Shown here piece after piece: positions 8,095 through 18,036 of a DNA stretch of 64,000 bases. The position numbers and the translations under genes are program-made. Positions within the stretch are counted from its first letter, which is position 1. Each line of letters begins with the position of its first letter. The stretch comes from Elusimicrobiaceae bacterium (GTDB taxonomy: Bacteria; Elusimicrobiota; Elusimicrobia; Elusimicrobiales; Elusimicrobiaceae), in assembly GCA_017520185.1 (NCBI GenBank), contig JAFXGO010000026.1, positions 14,729 through 78,728 on the forward strand. Reading direction: 5' to 3'. The notes beneath the pieces were generated by a model. The model ran no database searches and was not told the DNA's origin. It saw nothing but the letters and a program-made list of their open reading frames with translations.

Positions 8095-9393
8095 ATGAAA
8101 AAATTGTCTCCCTGGTTTTTTATTCCTTCTCTTTATTTTTTAGAGGGATTACCTTACGTGCTTATAAACGTTGTATCGGGTGCGCTTTATACCAAGATGG
8201 GCATACCCAATGACGTCTTTGTTTTTTGGACCGGTTTTTTGTACCTTCCTTGGACTTTAAAAATGTTTTGGAGTCCTTTAATAGACGGCTATAGCACCAA
8301 ACGTCGTTGGCTTTTGTGGGGCCAATTTTTGGCGGCTGTCATTTTCTCTTTTGTAGCCTTTTCTTTGAGTTGGAATTGTTTTTTTACCGCTTCGTTATTA
8401 GGTTTTGCCGTAGGAGCCTTTGTTTCTGCCACGTGTGATATCGCTACCGACGGCTACTATATGCTTTCTCTTTCTGCTAATCAACAGGGATATTTCGTTG
8501 GCATTCGCACCATTTTTTACCGCTTGGCTATGATTTTTGGCGGTGGCACACTGCTGATGATTATCGGTTCTTGGGAAAAACAAACCGCTAATATTGTGCT
8601 TGCATGGAAATGGGGTTTGCTGTTAATAGCAGGCCTTTTTGTTGTATTGGGCTTATATCATGTATGGCTTTTGCCTCGTCCCGATTCTGACCGTCCGGCC
8701 ATGGCTTCTTCTCAAGGGAAAATGGCTTTTACAGAGGCATTCAAAACTTATTTTTCTCAAAAAAATATCGGATACATCCTTCTCTTTATTTTATTTTACC
8801 GATTAGGAGATGCTTTCCTGGAAAAAATTATCACCCCCTTTTTGATTGGCCCTGTAGACAGCGGTGCTTTGGGGTTGTCTACCGCGCAACTTGGTTTTAT
8901 TAAGGGCACGTTGGGTTTGGGTGCCATTATTGCAGGCAATTTGGCAGGAGGGTGGCTATTGGGAAAATACGGATTTAAAAAATGCATTTGGCCTTTTGCT
9001 TTCATCTTAATTTTGCCTAATTTCTTTTACGCTTATATGGCTTGGGCCAAACCCGGTATTGCTGTTATATCAGGATTAATTGCTTTGGAACATTTAGGCA
9101 ATGGGCTTGCCATGATGGCTTTTTCTATTTTTATTATGTACGTTTCTCAAGGGCCGTACAAAACTTCCCATTATGCTATTTCCACCGGCATTATGGCTTT
9201 GGGAATGATGCTTCCCTCTATGCTTTCAGGCAAAATGCAAGTAGCGCTGGGATATGAGGCTTTTTTTGCGCTTTGTGCTATTTTCAGTTTAATTACTCTG
9301 GCCATTGTACCGCTTACCTTTAAAATTAAATCCATCGAAGAAACTGAAAAACTTTTTCGAGAAAACAAAGCATCTATAGGAGAGATGGACTAA
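8095..9393 (+). CDS. ampG: AmpG-like muropeptide MFS transporter
   Basis: YFLEGLPY, PWTLKMFWSPLID, DIATDGYY motifs; context with murQ/anmK/nagZ. Confidence 0.85.
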   Translation: MKKLSPWFFIPSLYFLEGLPYVLINVVSGALYTKMGIPNDVFVFWTGFLYLPWTLKMFWSPLIDGYSTKRRWLLWGQFLAAVIFSFVAFSLSWNCFFTASLLGFAVGAFVSATCDIATDGYYMLSLSANQQGYFVGIRTIFYRLAMIFGGGTLLMIIGSWEKQTANIVLAWKWGLLLIAGLFVVLGLYHVWLLPRPDSDRPAMASSQGKMAFTEAFKTYFSQKNIGYILLFILFYRLGDAFLEKIITPFLIGPVDSGALGLSTAQLGFIKGTLGLGAIIAGNLAGGWLLGKYGFKKCIWPFAFILILPNFFYAYMAWAKPGIAVISGLIALEHLGNGLAMMAFSIFIMYVSQGPYKTSHYAISTGIMALGMMLPSMLSGKMQVALGYEAFFALCAIFSLITLAIVPLTFKIKSIEETEKLFRENKASIGEMD

Positions 9394-10286
9394 TGTCTAA
9401 AATCCGCTTAATTCCCACCGAAACAGTAAATATGCATACGCAGAAATTAGGCCAATCTTCAGTCAAGCAAATCGCACACCTGATTAATGCAGAAGATTTT
9501 AATGCTGCACGCGCTGTAAAAAAAGCGGCTGATTCTATCAGCCAAACTATTCAGTTGGCAGCGGAAACTTTTTTAAACGGCGGAAAAATTATTTTCATCG
9601 GAGCCGGGACCAGCGGTAGGTTAGGAGTATTGGAAGCGGCAGAATGTGTGCCTACTTTCGGCACCAAACCCTCACAAATTATAGGCATTATCGCCGGCGG
9701 GAAAAAAGCCATGTTTCGCTCTCAAGAAGGGGCTGAAGACGACACCATGCAAGGGTGTAAAGATATTTTAAAAGTTGCCAAAGAGAAAGATTTGGTTATC
9801 GGGTTAACTGCCAGCGGTATTACTCCCTACGTATTAGCCGCTTTAAAACAAGCCAAATCTATCGGAGCACAAACAGTTCTGCTGGCTTGTAATCAACAGG
9901 CAGATATATCCTTTGCCGATATTTTTATTTTCTTAGATACAGGAGCAGAAGCACTAAACGGATCCACCCGTATGAAGGCCGGCACCGCCACCAAAATGGC
10001 TTTAAATGCCATTTCCACCGGAGCGATGGCACGCGCCGGAAAAGTATACGGCAATCTAATGATAGATGTGCAACCCACCAATCAAAAACTCATTGGGCGG
10101 GCCATACGCCTTATTTGTACTATTGCTCAAACAGACGAAAAAACGGCTGAAAAGTTGCTTTATTCTTCCGGCAAAAGCGTTAAAACGGCCATTGTCATGC
10201 ATTTAAAAAAACTCAACAAAAAACAAGCAGAAAAACTTATCAAGAAACATCATGGTTTTTTGGAAGGAGCCTTACGTGAGTCATAA
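9393..10286 (+). CDS. murQ: N-acetylmuramic acid 6-phosphate etherase
   Basis: GAGTSGRLGVLEAAECVPTFG, GAED, GSTRMKAGTATK, GKVYGNLMIDV motifs. Confidence 0.95.
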   Translation: MSKIRLIPTETVNMHTQKLGQSSVKQIAHLINAEDFNAARAVKKAADSISQTIQLAAETFLNGGKIIFIGAGTSGRLGVLEAAECVPTFGTKPSQIIGIIAGGKKAMFRSQEGAEDDTMQGCKDILKVAKEKDLVIGLTASGITPYVLAALKQAKSIGAQTVLLACNQQADISFADIFIFLDTGAEALNGSTRMKAGTATKMALNAISTGAMARAGKVYGNLMIDVQPTNQKLIGRAIRLICTIAQTDEKTAEKLLYSSGKSVKTAIVMHLKKLNKKQAEKLIKKHHGFLEGALRES

Positions 10287-11367
10287 AAAAATCATATTAG
10301 GGCTTATGAGTGGCACCAGTTGCGACGGTTTAACCGTTTGCGCTGTTCTTCCTCACCCGTTTAAAATTCTCGGTTTTAAAAACTATCCTTATACTACAGC
10401 TTTACAAAAAAGATTGCTTCTCGCGTCGCAATGCCAAGCGGCAGAACTTTCTTCTTTGCACTTTGAACTTGGCAAATTGTATGCGCAAAAAACGCTTTTA
10501 TTTTTAAAACAATTTCGCTTTAAAAAAGAAGATATTTTTGCCGTCGGCATGCATGGACAAACCGTTTATCATGGTCCAAACGATGCACAACCAAACACGT
10601 TGCAAATTGCAGAGCCTTCTTTTTTGGCCGAAGCATTAGGACGGCCTGTAGTGAGTAATTTTAGAGAAAGAGATATTGTGTCGGGTGGAGAAGGAGCCCC
10701 TTTGATTCCTTTTTTTGATGAGTATTTATTTGGGAAATCAGCACCCAAAATATTACTCAATTTAGGCGGCATCTCTAATATTTCTGTTGTGGGAAAAGGC
10801 GTAAAAACACAAGGGTTTGATTGTGGTCCGGCTAATACGCTGATGGACTTGGCCTGCGAAAAATTTTTAAACATTCCCTTTGATAAAAATGGTGCTTTAG
10901 CCATGCAAGGCAAACCCAATTTCTCCCTTATCAAAAAACTTTTAAAGCAATCCTATTTCTCTGCAAAACCACCCAAAAGTTTAGATAAGAATCAATTTGG
11001 CAAAGCCTATTTAGAAAAATATTTTTCTGCTTATTCTGCTAAAAATATATATGATTTATTGGCCACTTTAAACCTTTTTACGGCAGCCGCCGTAGCAGAT
11101 GCCATTGAGCGTTTTGTTCCTAAAAAACTGCAAAAAGAAATTATTGTTTCCGGCGGAGGAACTTACAATAAAACATTGCTGTTAAATTTGCAAAAACAAA
11201 CAGGAATCCCTGTTAAAACATCGTCTCAAATCGGCATCGACCCTCAAGCCAAAGAAGCAGCTGCTTTTGCCGTAATGGCTTGGCTTACCTTGCAACGCAA
11301 AAGCAACCATTGTCCGCAAGCAACGGGAGCGAAGAAAAAAGTTATCTTGGGAAGGATTACTTTATGA
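10276..11367 (+). CDS. anmK: Anhydro-N-acetylmuramic acid kinase (GTG start)
   Basis: GLMSGTSCDG, HGQT, GGEGAPL, NLGGISN, FDCGPAN, SGGG, KEA motifs. Confidence 0.95.
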   Translation: MSHKKIILGLMSGTSCDGLTVCAVLPHPFKILGFKNYPYTTALQKRLLLASQCQAAELSSLHFELGKLYAQKTLLFLKQFRFKKEDIFAVGMHGQTVYHGPNDAQPNTLQIAEPSFLAEALGRPVVSNFRERDIVSGGEGAPLIPFFDEYLFGKSAPKILLNLGGISNISVVGKGVKTQGFDCGPANTLMDLACEKFLNIPFDKNGALAMQGKPNFSLIKKLLKQSYFSAKPPKSLDKNQFGKAYLEKYFSAYSAKNIYDLLATLNLFTAAAVADAIERFVPKKLQKEIIVSGGGTYNKTLLLNLQKQTGIPVKTSSQIGIDPQAKEAAAFAVMAWLTLQRKSNHCPQATGAKKKVILGRITL

Positions 11368-12770
11368 ATGTTAACCGTTTGATTTATCCTGGTTTCTGGT
11401 TTGGAAAAACAAAAAAAGAAGAAGCCTTAGAACTGGCCAAACGCGGAGTAGGTGGCTTTTGTATTTATGGCGGCACACGCCAAAGCGTACAGGATTTAGT
11501 TAAGCAACTGAAAGAAGCCTCCCCTTTAAAACATCTATTTTTTTGCGCCGATTATGAAGACGGATTAGGCAAATGGATAGAAGGAGAAGATTGGGTTTTA
11601 TCCAATATGGCAATAGGCGCTTGCCGGAACCAAGAAATCGCTTATCAAAAAGGCCTTACTTTGGCACGAGAAGCGCGAGAAATAGGTATAGATTGGGTGT
11701 TTGCTCCGGTTCTGGATTTATGCGATGAGCCAACAAACCCCATTGTAAACACACGCTCTTTTGGTAGTGTTGCTCAACACGTAGCCTCCTTAGGTAAGGC
11801 TTTATGTCAGGGGCTTTCTGACGGTGGGGTGTTAAATAGCATCAAGCATTTTCCCGGTCATGGAAGAACGACGCAAGACTCACATTTGGTATTGCCCGTT
11901 TTAGAACGAACCCTCCAAGAATTGGAAGAAAACGAATTGATCCCTTTTCAATCTTGTCTTGAACAGGCCGATAGTGTAATGGTGGGGCATTTGTTGCTGC
12001 CGACATTAGACAGACAAAATCCGGCTTCTTTATCTAAAAAAATTATTTCTGGTTTGTTAAAAGAAAAAATGGGTTTTGAAAAACTCATTTTTACCGATGC
12101 CCTATGCATGAAAGCCATCGGAGAAGAAAAGCAAGCCGCATTGCAAGCCTTACACGCAGGAGCGCATATTTTGCTCAGCGCAGAAGACTCATTGTCTTTG
12201 TCTGACTTTTTACAACAACAAAGCGGATTGTCGGAAATTATCACCCAATCTGTTTATCTTCAAGAAAAAGCTTCTCAACAGTTAACCCCCGTCAAAACCG
12301 GTCTTCATCCGCGTCACTTCAACCGCTCTTATGCCGCCTCATGCGCCGTATATCAAGGGGAACCCGTCGCTCTTTCCGCAGGAGATACAGTGGCTTATTT
12401 AGAATTGGGAAACGAAGAAAACCTAGCCGCTAAGGCCTTTACAGAAACTTTGCTAAAACAAGGAATACTGCTCAAAAAAGCAGGAGAAAAGGCCGATTAT
12501 TTAATGGTTGTATCTTTTTCTAATTACAAAGCCTTCAAAGGACATATTAATTTGTCTGATAAAGAAAAAGAAATATTGCAATATTGGAGTCAGAAATATT
12601 CTTCTTGTTTTGTGAGTTTCGGCAGCCCTTTCGGCACAGAAAACATTGATGCGTTAAAAGCACGATTGTTCCTTTTCTCTCCAGCTCAAGAAGCACAAAT
12701 TTGCGCGGCAGAAATATTGTTGGGAAAACAAAAACCCAAAGGGATTTGCCCCTTTGGGTCTTCGCAATAA
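11364..12770 (+). CDS. nagZ: GH3 beta-N-acetylhexosaminidase
   Basis: FAPVLD, RSFG, KHFPGHG..DSH, FTDALCM; ATGA overlap with anmK. Confidence 0.88.
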   Translation: MNVNRLIYPGFWFGKTKKEEALELAKRGVGGFCIYGGTRQSVQDLVKQLKEASPLKHLFFCADYEDGLGKWIEGEDWVLSNMAIGACRNQEIAYQKGLTLAREAREIGIDWVFAPVLDLCDEPTNPIVNTRSFGSVAQHVASLGKALCQGLSDGGVLNSIKHFPGHGRTTQDSHLVLPVLERTLQELEENELIPFQSCLEQADSVMVGHLLLPTLDRQNPASLSKKIISGLLKEKMGFEKLIFTDALCMKAIGEEKQAALQALHAGAHILLSAEDSLSLSDFLQQQSGLSEIITQSVYLQEKASQQLTPVKTGLHPRHFNRSYAASCAVYQGEPVALSAGDTVAYLELGNEENLAAKAFTETLLKQGILLKKAGEKADYLMVVSFSNYKAFKGHINLSDKEKEILQYWSQKYSSCFVSFGSPFGTENIDALKARLFLFSPAQEAQICAAEILLGKQKPKGICPFGSSQ

Positions 12771-12777
12771 GATTTCA

Positions 12778-13266
12778 TTAATATTGTGTTTTATCTTCTT
12801 TAGCCGTCCACTCTTTAAACGGTTCTTCTTGTGTATCTAGCACAATGCGCAGCGTTTTTATTTGACGTTGTTCTTTAGGAACAGCGATCTCATCGTAGAT
12901 AAATTTATCATCAAACCCATGCTTGGCAGCGGTATGCTGGTCTGCTGCAAAATATAAGGCTTTGGGTCTGGCCCAATATATAGCCCCCAAACACATAGGA
13001 CAAGGCTCACAAGAAGAATAAATAATACAATCTTTCAACTCAAAAGAACTCAACTTCGCACAGGCCTGACGAATGGCAGAAACTTCCGCATGCATGGTAG
13101 GGTCATTGGTTGCTAATACTTGGTTGCTGGCGCGGGCAATAATTTCTCCGTCCTTTACAATAACGGCACCAAACGGCCCTCCGCGACCGGTGCCCACATT
13201 TTCCTGTGCTAACCTAACCGCTTCGGCTAAAAACTTTTTATGTTGTTGCATTTCTTTTTCTTCCAT
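12778..13266 (-). CDS. Zn-dependent nucleoside/guanine deaminase
   Basis: GGPFGAVI, HAE, CEPCPMC motifs; GuaD-like. Confidence 0.88.
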   Translation of the reverse strand: MEEKEMQQHKKFLAEAVRLAQENVGTGRGGPFGAVIVKDGEIIARASNQVLATNDPTMHAEVSAIRQACAKLSSFELKDCIIYSSCEPCPMCLGAIYWARPKALYFAADQHTAAKHGFDDKFIYDEIAVPKEQRQIKTLRIVLDTQEEPFKEWTAKEDKTQY

Positions 13267-13308
13267 AAAATCTCCTTGTTTATGCCCCTATATTATACAC
13301 TTTTCGCC

Positions 13309-15177
13309 TTAAAAAACCATTTTTTTCGTGCCGTTTCTGATATTGTCTATCCGTTTGTCTTCTTTTAATATAAAGCGGTTGTTCCCTGCGGTAATAAAAG
13401 AAAAATCTTTTCCCCTGATTTGATAAGACAAACAGTCTCTGTCACCTGTATAACCGCGATTTTGCCATAATTTCTTTTCTCTGTTTAAAAGCAAACCCCA
13501 TTGGGCCTTCACCGTTATATCCCCCAGCACCTGTTCTTCTTGTGGCCAAATGTTCGAAAAAGCAATTATTACTTCTTGCACATCAATATACTTTTTTAGT
13601 TTTTCCACTTCTTGCATCTGAGCAGAAATATTTTGATTTATCAACACAGCATCTAACTTTTTACTTCCGGCTTTTAGTAGGGCTTTTGCCAGTTTTTCTC
13701 CGTCTATTTCTGCACCGATTAATATGTATTTGCCAGTGGAAGAAGACAGCAAAATACTGTTTTTATTCCAATCATTCAAAAGCCATAATTTGTTGTGAGA
13801 GAAACAACTTTCTTGCAATATAAAAATCAAAAAGATACCAAACAAAACAGGTTTATAAATTCTTTTGACAAACTCCCTCTGCGGTAAATGAAAAAGCAAA
13901 AAAAGCCCTGCATAATAAATAACAATGCTTCCCATTCTCCATGCGGGGACCACCATCGAAGAAAAAGAACCCTGCCCGAAAAACAAAACCAAACTTTTAA
14001 ACAACCACAAAGAAAATCCCATCAAAGGTTTTAATAACCAACCAAGATGCAAACACGAAAACGCATAAAACAAAAAACTAACTGCCATCAAAAAAGAGGC
14101 AAAAGGCACCAAAAGCATATTAGCAAAGAGGCTCATCCAAGAAACTTTATAAAACACATTGGTAAAAATAGGAAAAAGAGCCAACTGCGCGCTTAAAGTG
14201 GCCAAAAAGATTTGAGAAAAAAAGCGCAACCAACGAGGACATTGATAAGAAATATCATAATTATTTAAACAAACCACAATACCCAATGTGGCCAAAAAAG
14301 ACATTTGAAAACCCGTTTCAAACAAAGAGCAAGGATTAAAAATCAAAATCACCAAACAAGACAGAATTAAACCCTGAAAAACACCACTGTTTCTGTGCAA
14401 AATATATCCTAACACCGTACAGACAGACATAAAATAAGCCCTCGTCAGCGGAGCATCAGCACCGGCAATCATGGTATAGATGCCCGCTATAAACAAAGCA
14501 ATAAAGGCAGTTTTTCGTCTGCTTAAAGAAAACAAACCGCAAAAGGCAAAAACCATCCACGTGACAAAAGCCACATTTCCTCCTGAAGCCACCAACAAAT
14601 GAATAGCTCCGCTATCTTGAAAAGCCATATATAAGACAGGGTCTATTTGCGTTTTCTCTCCCAGCAAAACTCCGCTGGCGATAGCAGCTAAATCAGCAGG
14701 AAAATTCTGCTCAAAAACATTTAAAATATCTTGTCGAAAATTATAAATCCACTGATACAAAAGAGGCGTTTTTTGCAATACATGATATTGAGATACTTTG
14801 ATTTCAGCAAAAATATTTTTATGGGCTAAGTATTGCCCCCAATCAAAATTACCAAGCAAAGAAACAGTATACGGTTTTTGAAGTTTCCCCGTTAATTGTA
14901 ATGTCTGTTTCCAAGCGGGAAAATCTTGAGGAAAACGAGCATAAACATATCCTTGCGTTTTCTGGCCATTAGCGGAATATACTTTTAAGATAGCGGTGGC
15001 AGAGTGAGATTTAACAGTCGGAAAACTGTCTACTTGCGCCGTCAAGGTAATGTCTGGTGAAGGTATAAAGGCAGAAATATCTTTCTTTGAGGGGTGCGGT
15101 TGATAGAAAAAAGACAAACAACAAATATAAAATATCAGCACCCACAAAAGAGGTCTTTTGTAGTGAGTATAGTGCAT
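13309..15177 (-). CDS. comEC: ComEC/Rec2 competence channel protein
   Basis: GAIHLLVASGGNV, GFQMSFLATLG, ANMLLVP core motifs; degenerate C-terminal domain. Confidence 0.88.
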   Translation of the reverse strand: MHYTHYKRPLLWVLIFYICCLSFFYQPHPSKKDISAFIPSPDITLTAQVDSFPTVKSHSATAILKVYSANGQKTQGYVYARFPQDFPAWKQTLQLTGKLQKPYTVSLLGNFDWGQYLAHKNIFAEIKVSQYHVLQKTPLLYQWIYNFRQDILNVFEQNFPADLAAIASGVLLGEKTQIDPVLYMAFQDSGAIHLLVASGGNVAFVTWMVFAFCGLFSLSRRKTAFIALFIAGIYTMIAGADAPLTRAYFMSVCTVLGYILHRNSGVFQGLILSCLVILIFNPCSLFETGFQMSFLATLGIVVCLNNYDISYQCPRWLRFFSQIFLATLSAQLALFPIFTNVFYKVSWMSLFANMLLVPFASFLMAVSFLFYAFSCLHLGWLLKPLMGFSLWLFKSLVLFFGQGSFSSMVVPAWRMGSIVIYYAGLFLLFHLPQREFVKRIYKPVLFGIFLIFILQESCFSHNKLWLLNDWNKNSILLSSSTGKYILIGAEIDGEKLAKALLKAGSKKLDAVLINQNISAQMQEVEKLKKYIDVQEVIIAFSNIWPQEEQVLGDITVKAQWGLLLNREKKLWQNRGYTGDRDCLSYQIRGKDFSFITAGNNRFILKEDKRIDNIRNGTKKMVF

Positions 15178-15770
15178 TAAATTTTAGTCCGGCCTTTTAA
15201 AGAATAGAGCAAAGTCATTTCATCTAAATAATCTAAATCTCCGCCTAAAGGAACCCCATATCCTATGCGGCTTACGCGCGGCACCATATCGCGCAACAAA
15301 TCCGCCAGATACAAGGCGGTGGTTTCCCCTTCGGTGTCCGGATCAGTGGCAATAATAACCTCTTGGACGGGCACTTTGCTCTCTTGCAGACGGGTTAAAA
15401 GTTCCTTTATTTTCACATGCTCGGCCCCTTTTCCTTCCATCGGAGAAATAGCCCCATGCAATACATGATAAAGTCCTTTAAAAATACCTGTTTTTTCAAT
15501 AATTTCAATATTCTGCGGGTCTTCTACTACACAAATAGAACTTGGGTCTCTGTCCGGATCGGAGCAAACTTCACAAAGATCCTTCTCGCTATAAGCATAA
15601 CAAACAGAACATAACTTTACATCTTGTTTCATTGAAATTACCGCAGAAACAAATTCTTCCACCTCTCCCTGAGGAGCGCGTAAAAAATAGGCGGCAAACC
15701 GCTCAGCCTGTCTGGGGCCTACACCCGGCATTCTGCGCAACGCACGAACTAAGCGGTCCAAACTTTGCAT
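15177..15770 (-). CDS. recR: Recombination mediator RecR
   Basis: MPGVGPRQAER, C4 zinc finger, YHVLHGAISP, ATDPDTEGETT TOPRIM. Confidence 0.96.
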   Translation of the reverse strand: MQSLDRLVRALRRMPGVGPRQAERFAAYFLRAPQGEVEEFVSAVISMKQDVKLCSVCYAYSEKDLCEVCSDPDRDPSSICVVEDPQNIEIIEKTGIFKGLYHVLHGAISPMEGKGAEHVKIKELLTRLQESKVPVQEVIIATDPDTEGETTALYLADLLRDMVPRVSRIGYGVPLGGDLDYLDEMTLLYSLKGRTKI

Positions 15771-15771
15771 A

Positions 15772-17568
15772 CTAGCCCAGCACCTCTCCACCTATTACAT
15801 CTAAAATACCCTTTAATTCTTCCGGCACTTCCGTTAAAGTTGTTTCTGCTTCGGCTAAATCAGAAAAATCCGCTTTTACAAAAGGCTCCTCTTGGCTGAT
15901 AAGTTCTTTGTTTACAGAACTTTCCTCCCTCGTCTGAGTAGCTACAGGTTTAGGAGTTTGTTTTGTTTGCATGATCGCAGGCTTTGCCTCAGCAGTAGAA
16001 GCTGTTTGAGCAATTTCAAAACGAATTTTCCGCCCGCTTAATGCAAAAGCCTTTTTTTCCAATTCCGGCAATTTGGTTTGCGCCGGTACTTTATAAAATT
16101 CCTTCCCTGCACCAAAACTAATGGTCCATTGGTCTTGCTCAAAACGAACGGAGCAATTGGTCATTACATCATAAACAAAAGGACTCTTTTCAAATTCCTT
16201 AAGCAGGGCTTTCCACAAAGCATTGTTATCGGTAATTTTAGCGGCTGGTTTTTCTGGCAAAGGGGTTGTTGCTTGTTTTTGCAGCGCAGGAGAAACTGCC
16301 GCTGAAAAAGAGGTTTTGGCTTCTTTTGGTTCCGAAAAAGTTGTCTTTCTGACGGCAGAGACTTTCTGTGCCTGTTTTTCAAAATTGGAAATACCACCGG
16401 CAGGAGGTGTTTTATTGCCGCAGTCCTTTTCTCCACGTTCCAATGCTTCCAAACGACGGATAAAACCTTCTATATCAAAACAACTTTCCATAATAGTAAA
16501 CAGCCCTACTTCAGCGCTGATTAACGCATTATCAGAAAATTTTACTTCCTCCGCCAGCTTGTTTATTTTGCGAGACAAAGAGGCTAACAATCCGGCCGAA
16601 GTGATTTTGTTAATCTGTTCAGCCCCTTCAAAAGGCACTCCTCCTTGCCCTAAAGAAAAATAAAATAATTCGCCCAAAGCATTTTTTAAATCTTTCAAAA
16701 AAGAATTTGCATCAAAACCTTCTGCGCGTAAAGTCTCAAATGCCGCATGCAAAGAGGTATTGTCTTTTTTGATCAAAGCGGTAATCGTTTGATTGAGCAA
16801 ATCTTGCGGGGTAAGGCCTAACATTTCCCCCACCAATTTATCATCTATTTTTCCGTCAGAATAGGCAATGGCTCTGTCCAATAAAGTCAACCCGTCACGC
16901 AAAGCACCGCCTGCATTTTTGGCAATAATGCGGGCTGCTTTTTCCGTTAAATCCAGCCCTTCTGCTTCTGCCAAATCCAATAAATGATTGGTTATCTCTT
17001 CCACCGTAATGGGGCGAAAACGAAACGTTTGGCAGCGGCTGGTAATCGTGGCCGGCACTTTATGTTTTTCTGTAGTTGCTAAAATGAAAACAACGTGGGC
17101 AGGCGGTTCTTCAATCGTCTTGAGCAACGCATTAAAAGAACTAGCGGAAAGCATATGTACTTCATCTAAAATAAAAACTTTAAAACGATCTCTGGAGGCC
17201 GCCAACGCCACCGTATCAATGATAGCCTCGCGTACTTTTTCCACTTGAGTATTAGAGGCGGCGTCCAATTCCAGCACGTCCATATCGGCGCTTTGAGAAA
17301 TCTCTCTACATTGAGGACACTCCCCACAAGGTTCATCGGTAGGCTTACCGTTTCCGTTGCCGGTGCAGTTTAAGGCTTTTGCCAAGATACGGGCCGTCGT
17401 GGTTTTACCACAACCGCGTGGCCCATAAAACAAATAAGCATGGGCAATACGCCCCGATTTCAAGGCATTTTTTAATGTTTTGGAAATGCTTTCTTGTCCC
17501 ACCATGTCTTCAAACTTTTGGGGACGATATTTATTGGCTAAACTGACATAAGACGTGTTTTCACTCAT
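15772..17568 (-). CDS. dnaX: DNA polymerase III gamma/tau
   Basis: KYRPQKF, GPRGCGKTT, DEVHML, LLKTIEEPP, SRCQ. Confidence 0.97.
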   Translation of the reverse strand: MSENTSYVSLANKYRPQKFEDMVGQESISKTLKNALKSGRIAHAYLFYGPRGCGKTTTARILAKALNCTGNGNGKPTDEPCGECPQCREISQSADMDVLELDAASNTQVEKVREAIIDTVALAASRDRFKVFILDEVHMLSASSFNALLKTIEEPPAHVVFILATTEKHKVPATITSRCQTFRFRPITVEEITNHLLDLAEAEGLDLTEKAARIIAKNAGGALRDGLTLLDRAIAYSDGKIDDKLVGEMLGLTPQDLLNQTITALIKKDNTSLHAAFETLRAEGFDANSFLKDLKNALGELFYFSLGQGGVPFEGAEQINKITSAGLLASLSRKINKLAEEVKFSDNALISAEVGLFTIMESCFDIEGFIRRLEALERGEKDCGNKTPPAGGISNFEKQAQKVSAVRKTTFSEPKEAKTSFSAAVSPALQKQATTPLPEKPAAKITDNNALWKALLKEFEKSPFVYDVMTNCSVRFEQDQWTISFGAGKEFYKVPAQTKLPELEKKAFALSGRKIRFEIAQTASTAEAKPAIMQTKQTPKPVATQTREESSVNKELISQEEPFVKADFSDLAEAETTLTEVPEELKGILDVIGGEVLG

Positions 17569-17571
17569 AAA

Positions 17572-18024
17572 CTAACCTCTAAAAAAACGACGGGCTTGAC
17601 GTTGGCTTCTTTTAAAATCCAAACTAATAGAGCCGGGCCCCAACAAACACAACGGGCAAAGTGCCGCTACTTGCAACATACATAAAACTACAAAAATTTT
17701 ATTAGAGGCACCCACAAAAAACACCACACTGCATATCAGCCCAATCAGCAACGACAACATGGCATTCACGCGTGTGTACCAACCCAATAAAAGAAACAAC
17801 CCTAAAAACAATTCAATAACCACTAAAGCAAAAGATAAAGGTACCACAAAAGGAAAACCCAATGCATTGGCATTTACCAAAAATTCACGCCAATAGAGCA
17901 AACTGCCTAAAGCTAAATAAATCATAGATACCCCTGTAAAAAAACGACAAAAAAACATCGCTTTGGAGAAAGCCCTTTCATCAATATTACAATGCAATTT
18001 CACATCTGGCATTAGTTTAGACAT
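17572..18024 (-). CDS. DoxX family membrane protein
   Basis: 150 aa with ELFLGLFLLLGWYTR and GPGSISLD motifs. Confidence 0.75.
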   Translation of the reverse strand: MSKLMPDVKLHCNIDERAFSKAMFFCRFFTGVSMIYLALGSLLYWREFLVNANALGFPFVVPLSFALVVIELFLGLFLLLGWYTRVNAMLSLLIGLICSVVFFVGASNKIFVVLCMLQVAALCPLCLLGPGSISLDFKRSQRQARRFFRG

Positions 18025-18036
18025 ATTTTATCTTCC

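Noticed and set aside
16049-16060. A-AAA-AAG slippery heptamer in dnaX (GAA AAA AAG, -1 frame stops after about 10 codons)
   Set aside because: It lies late in the C-terminal domain rather than after domain III, has no clear upstream SD or strong downstream hairpin, and A-runs are common here.
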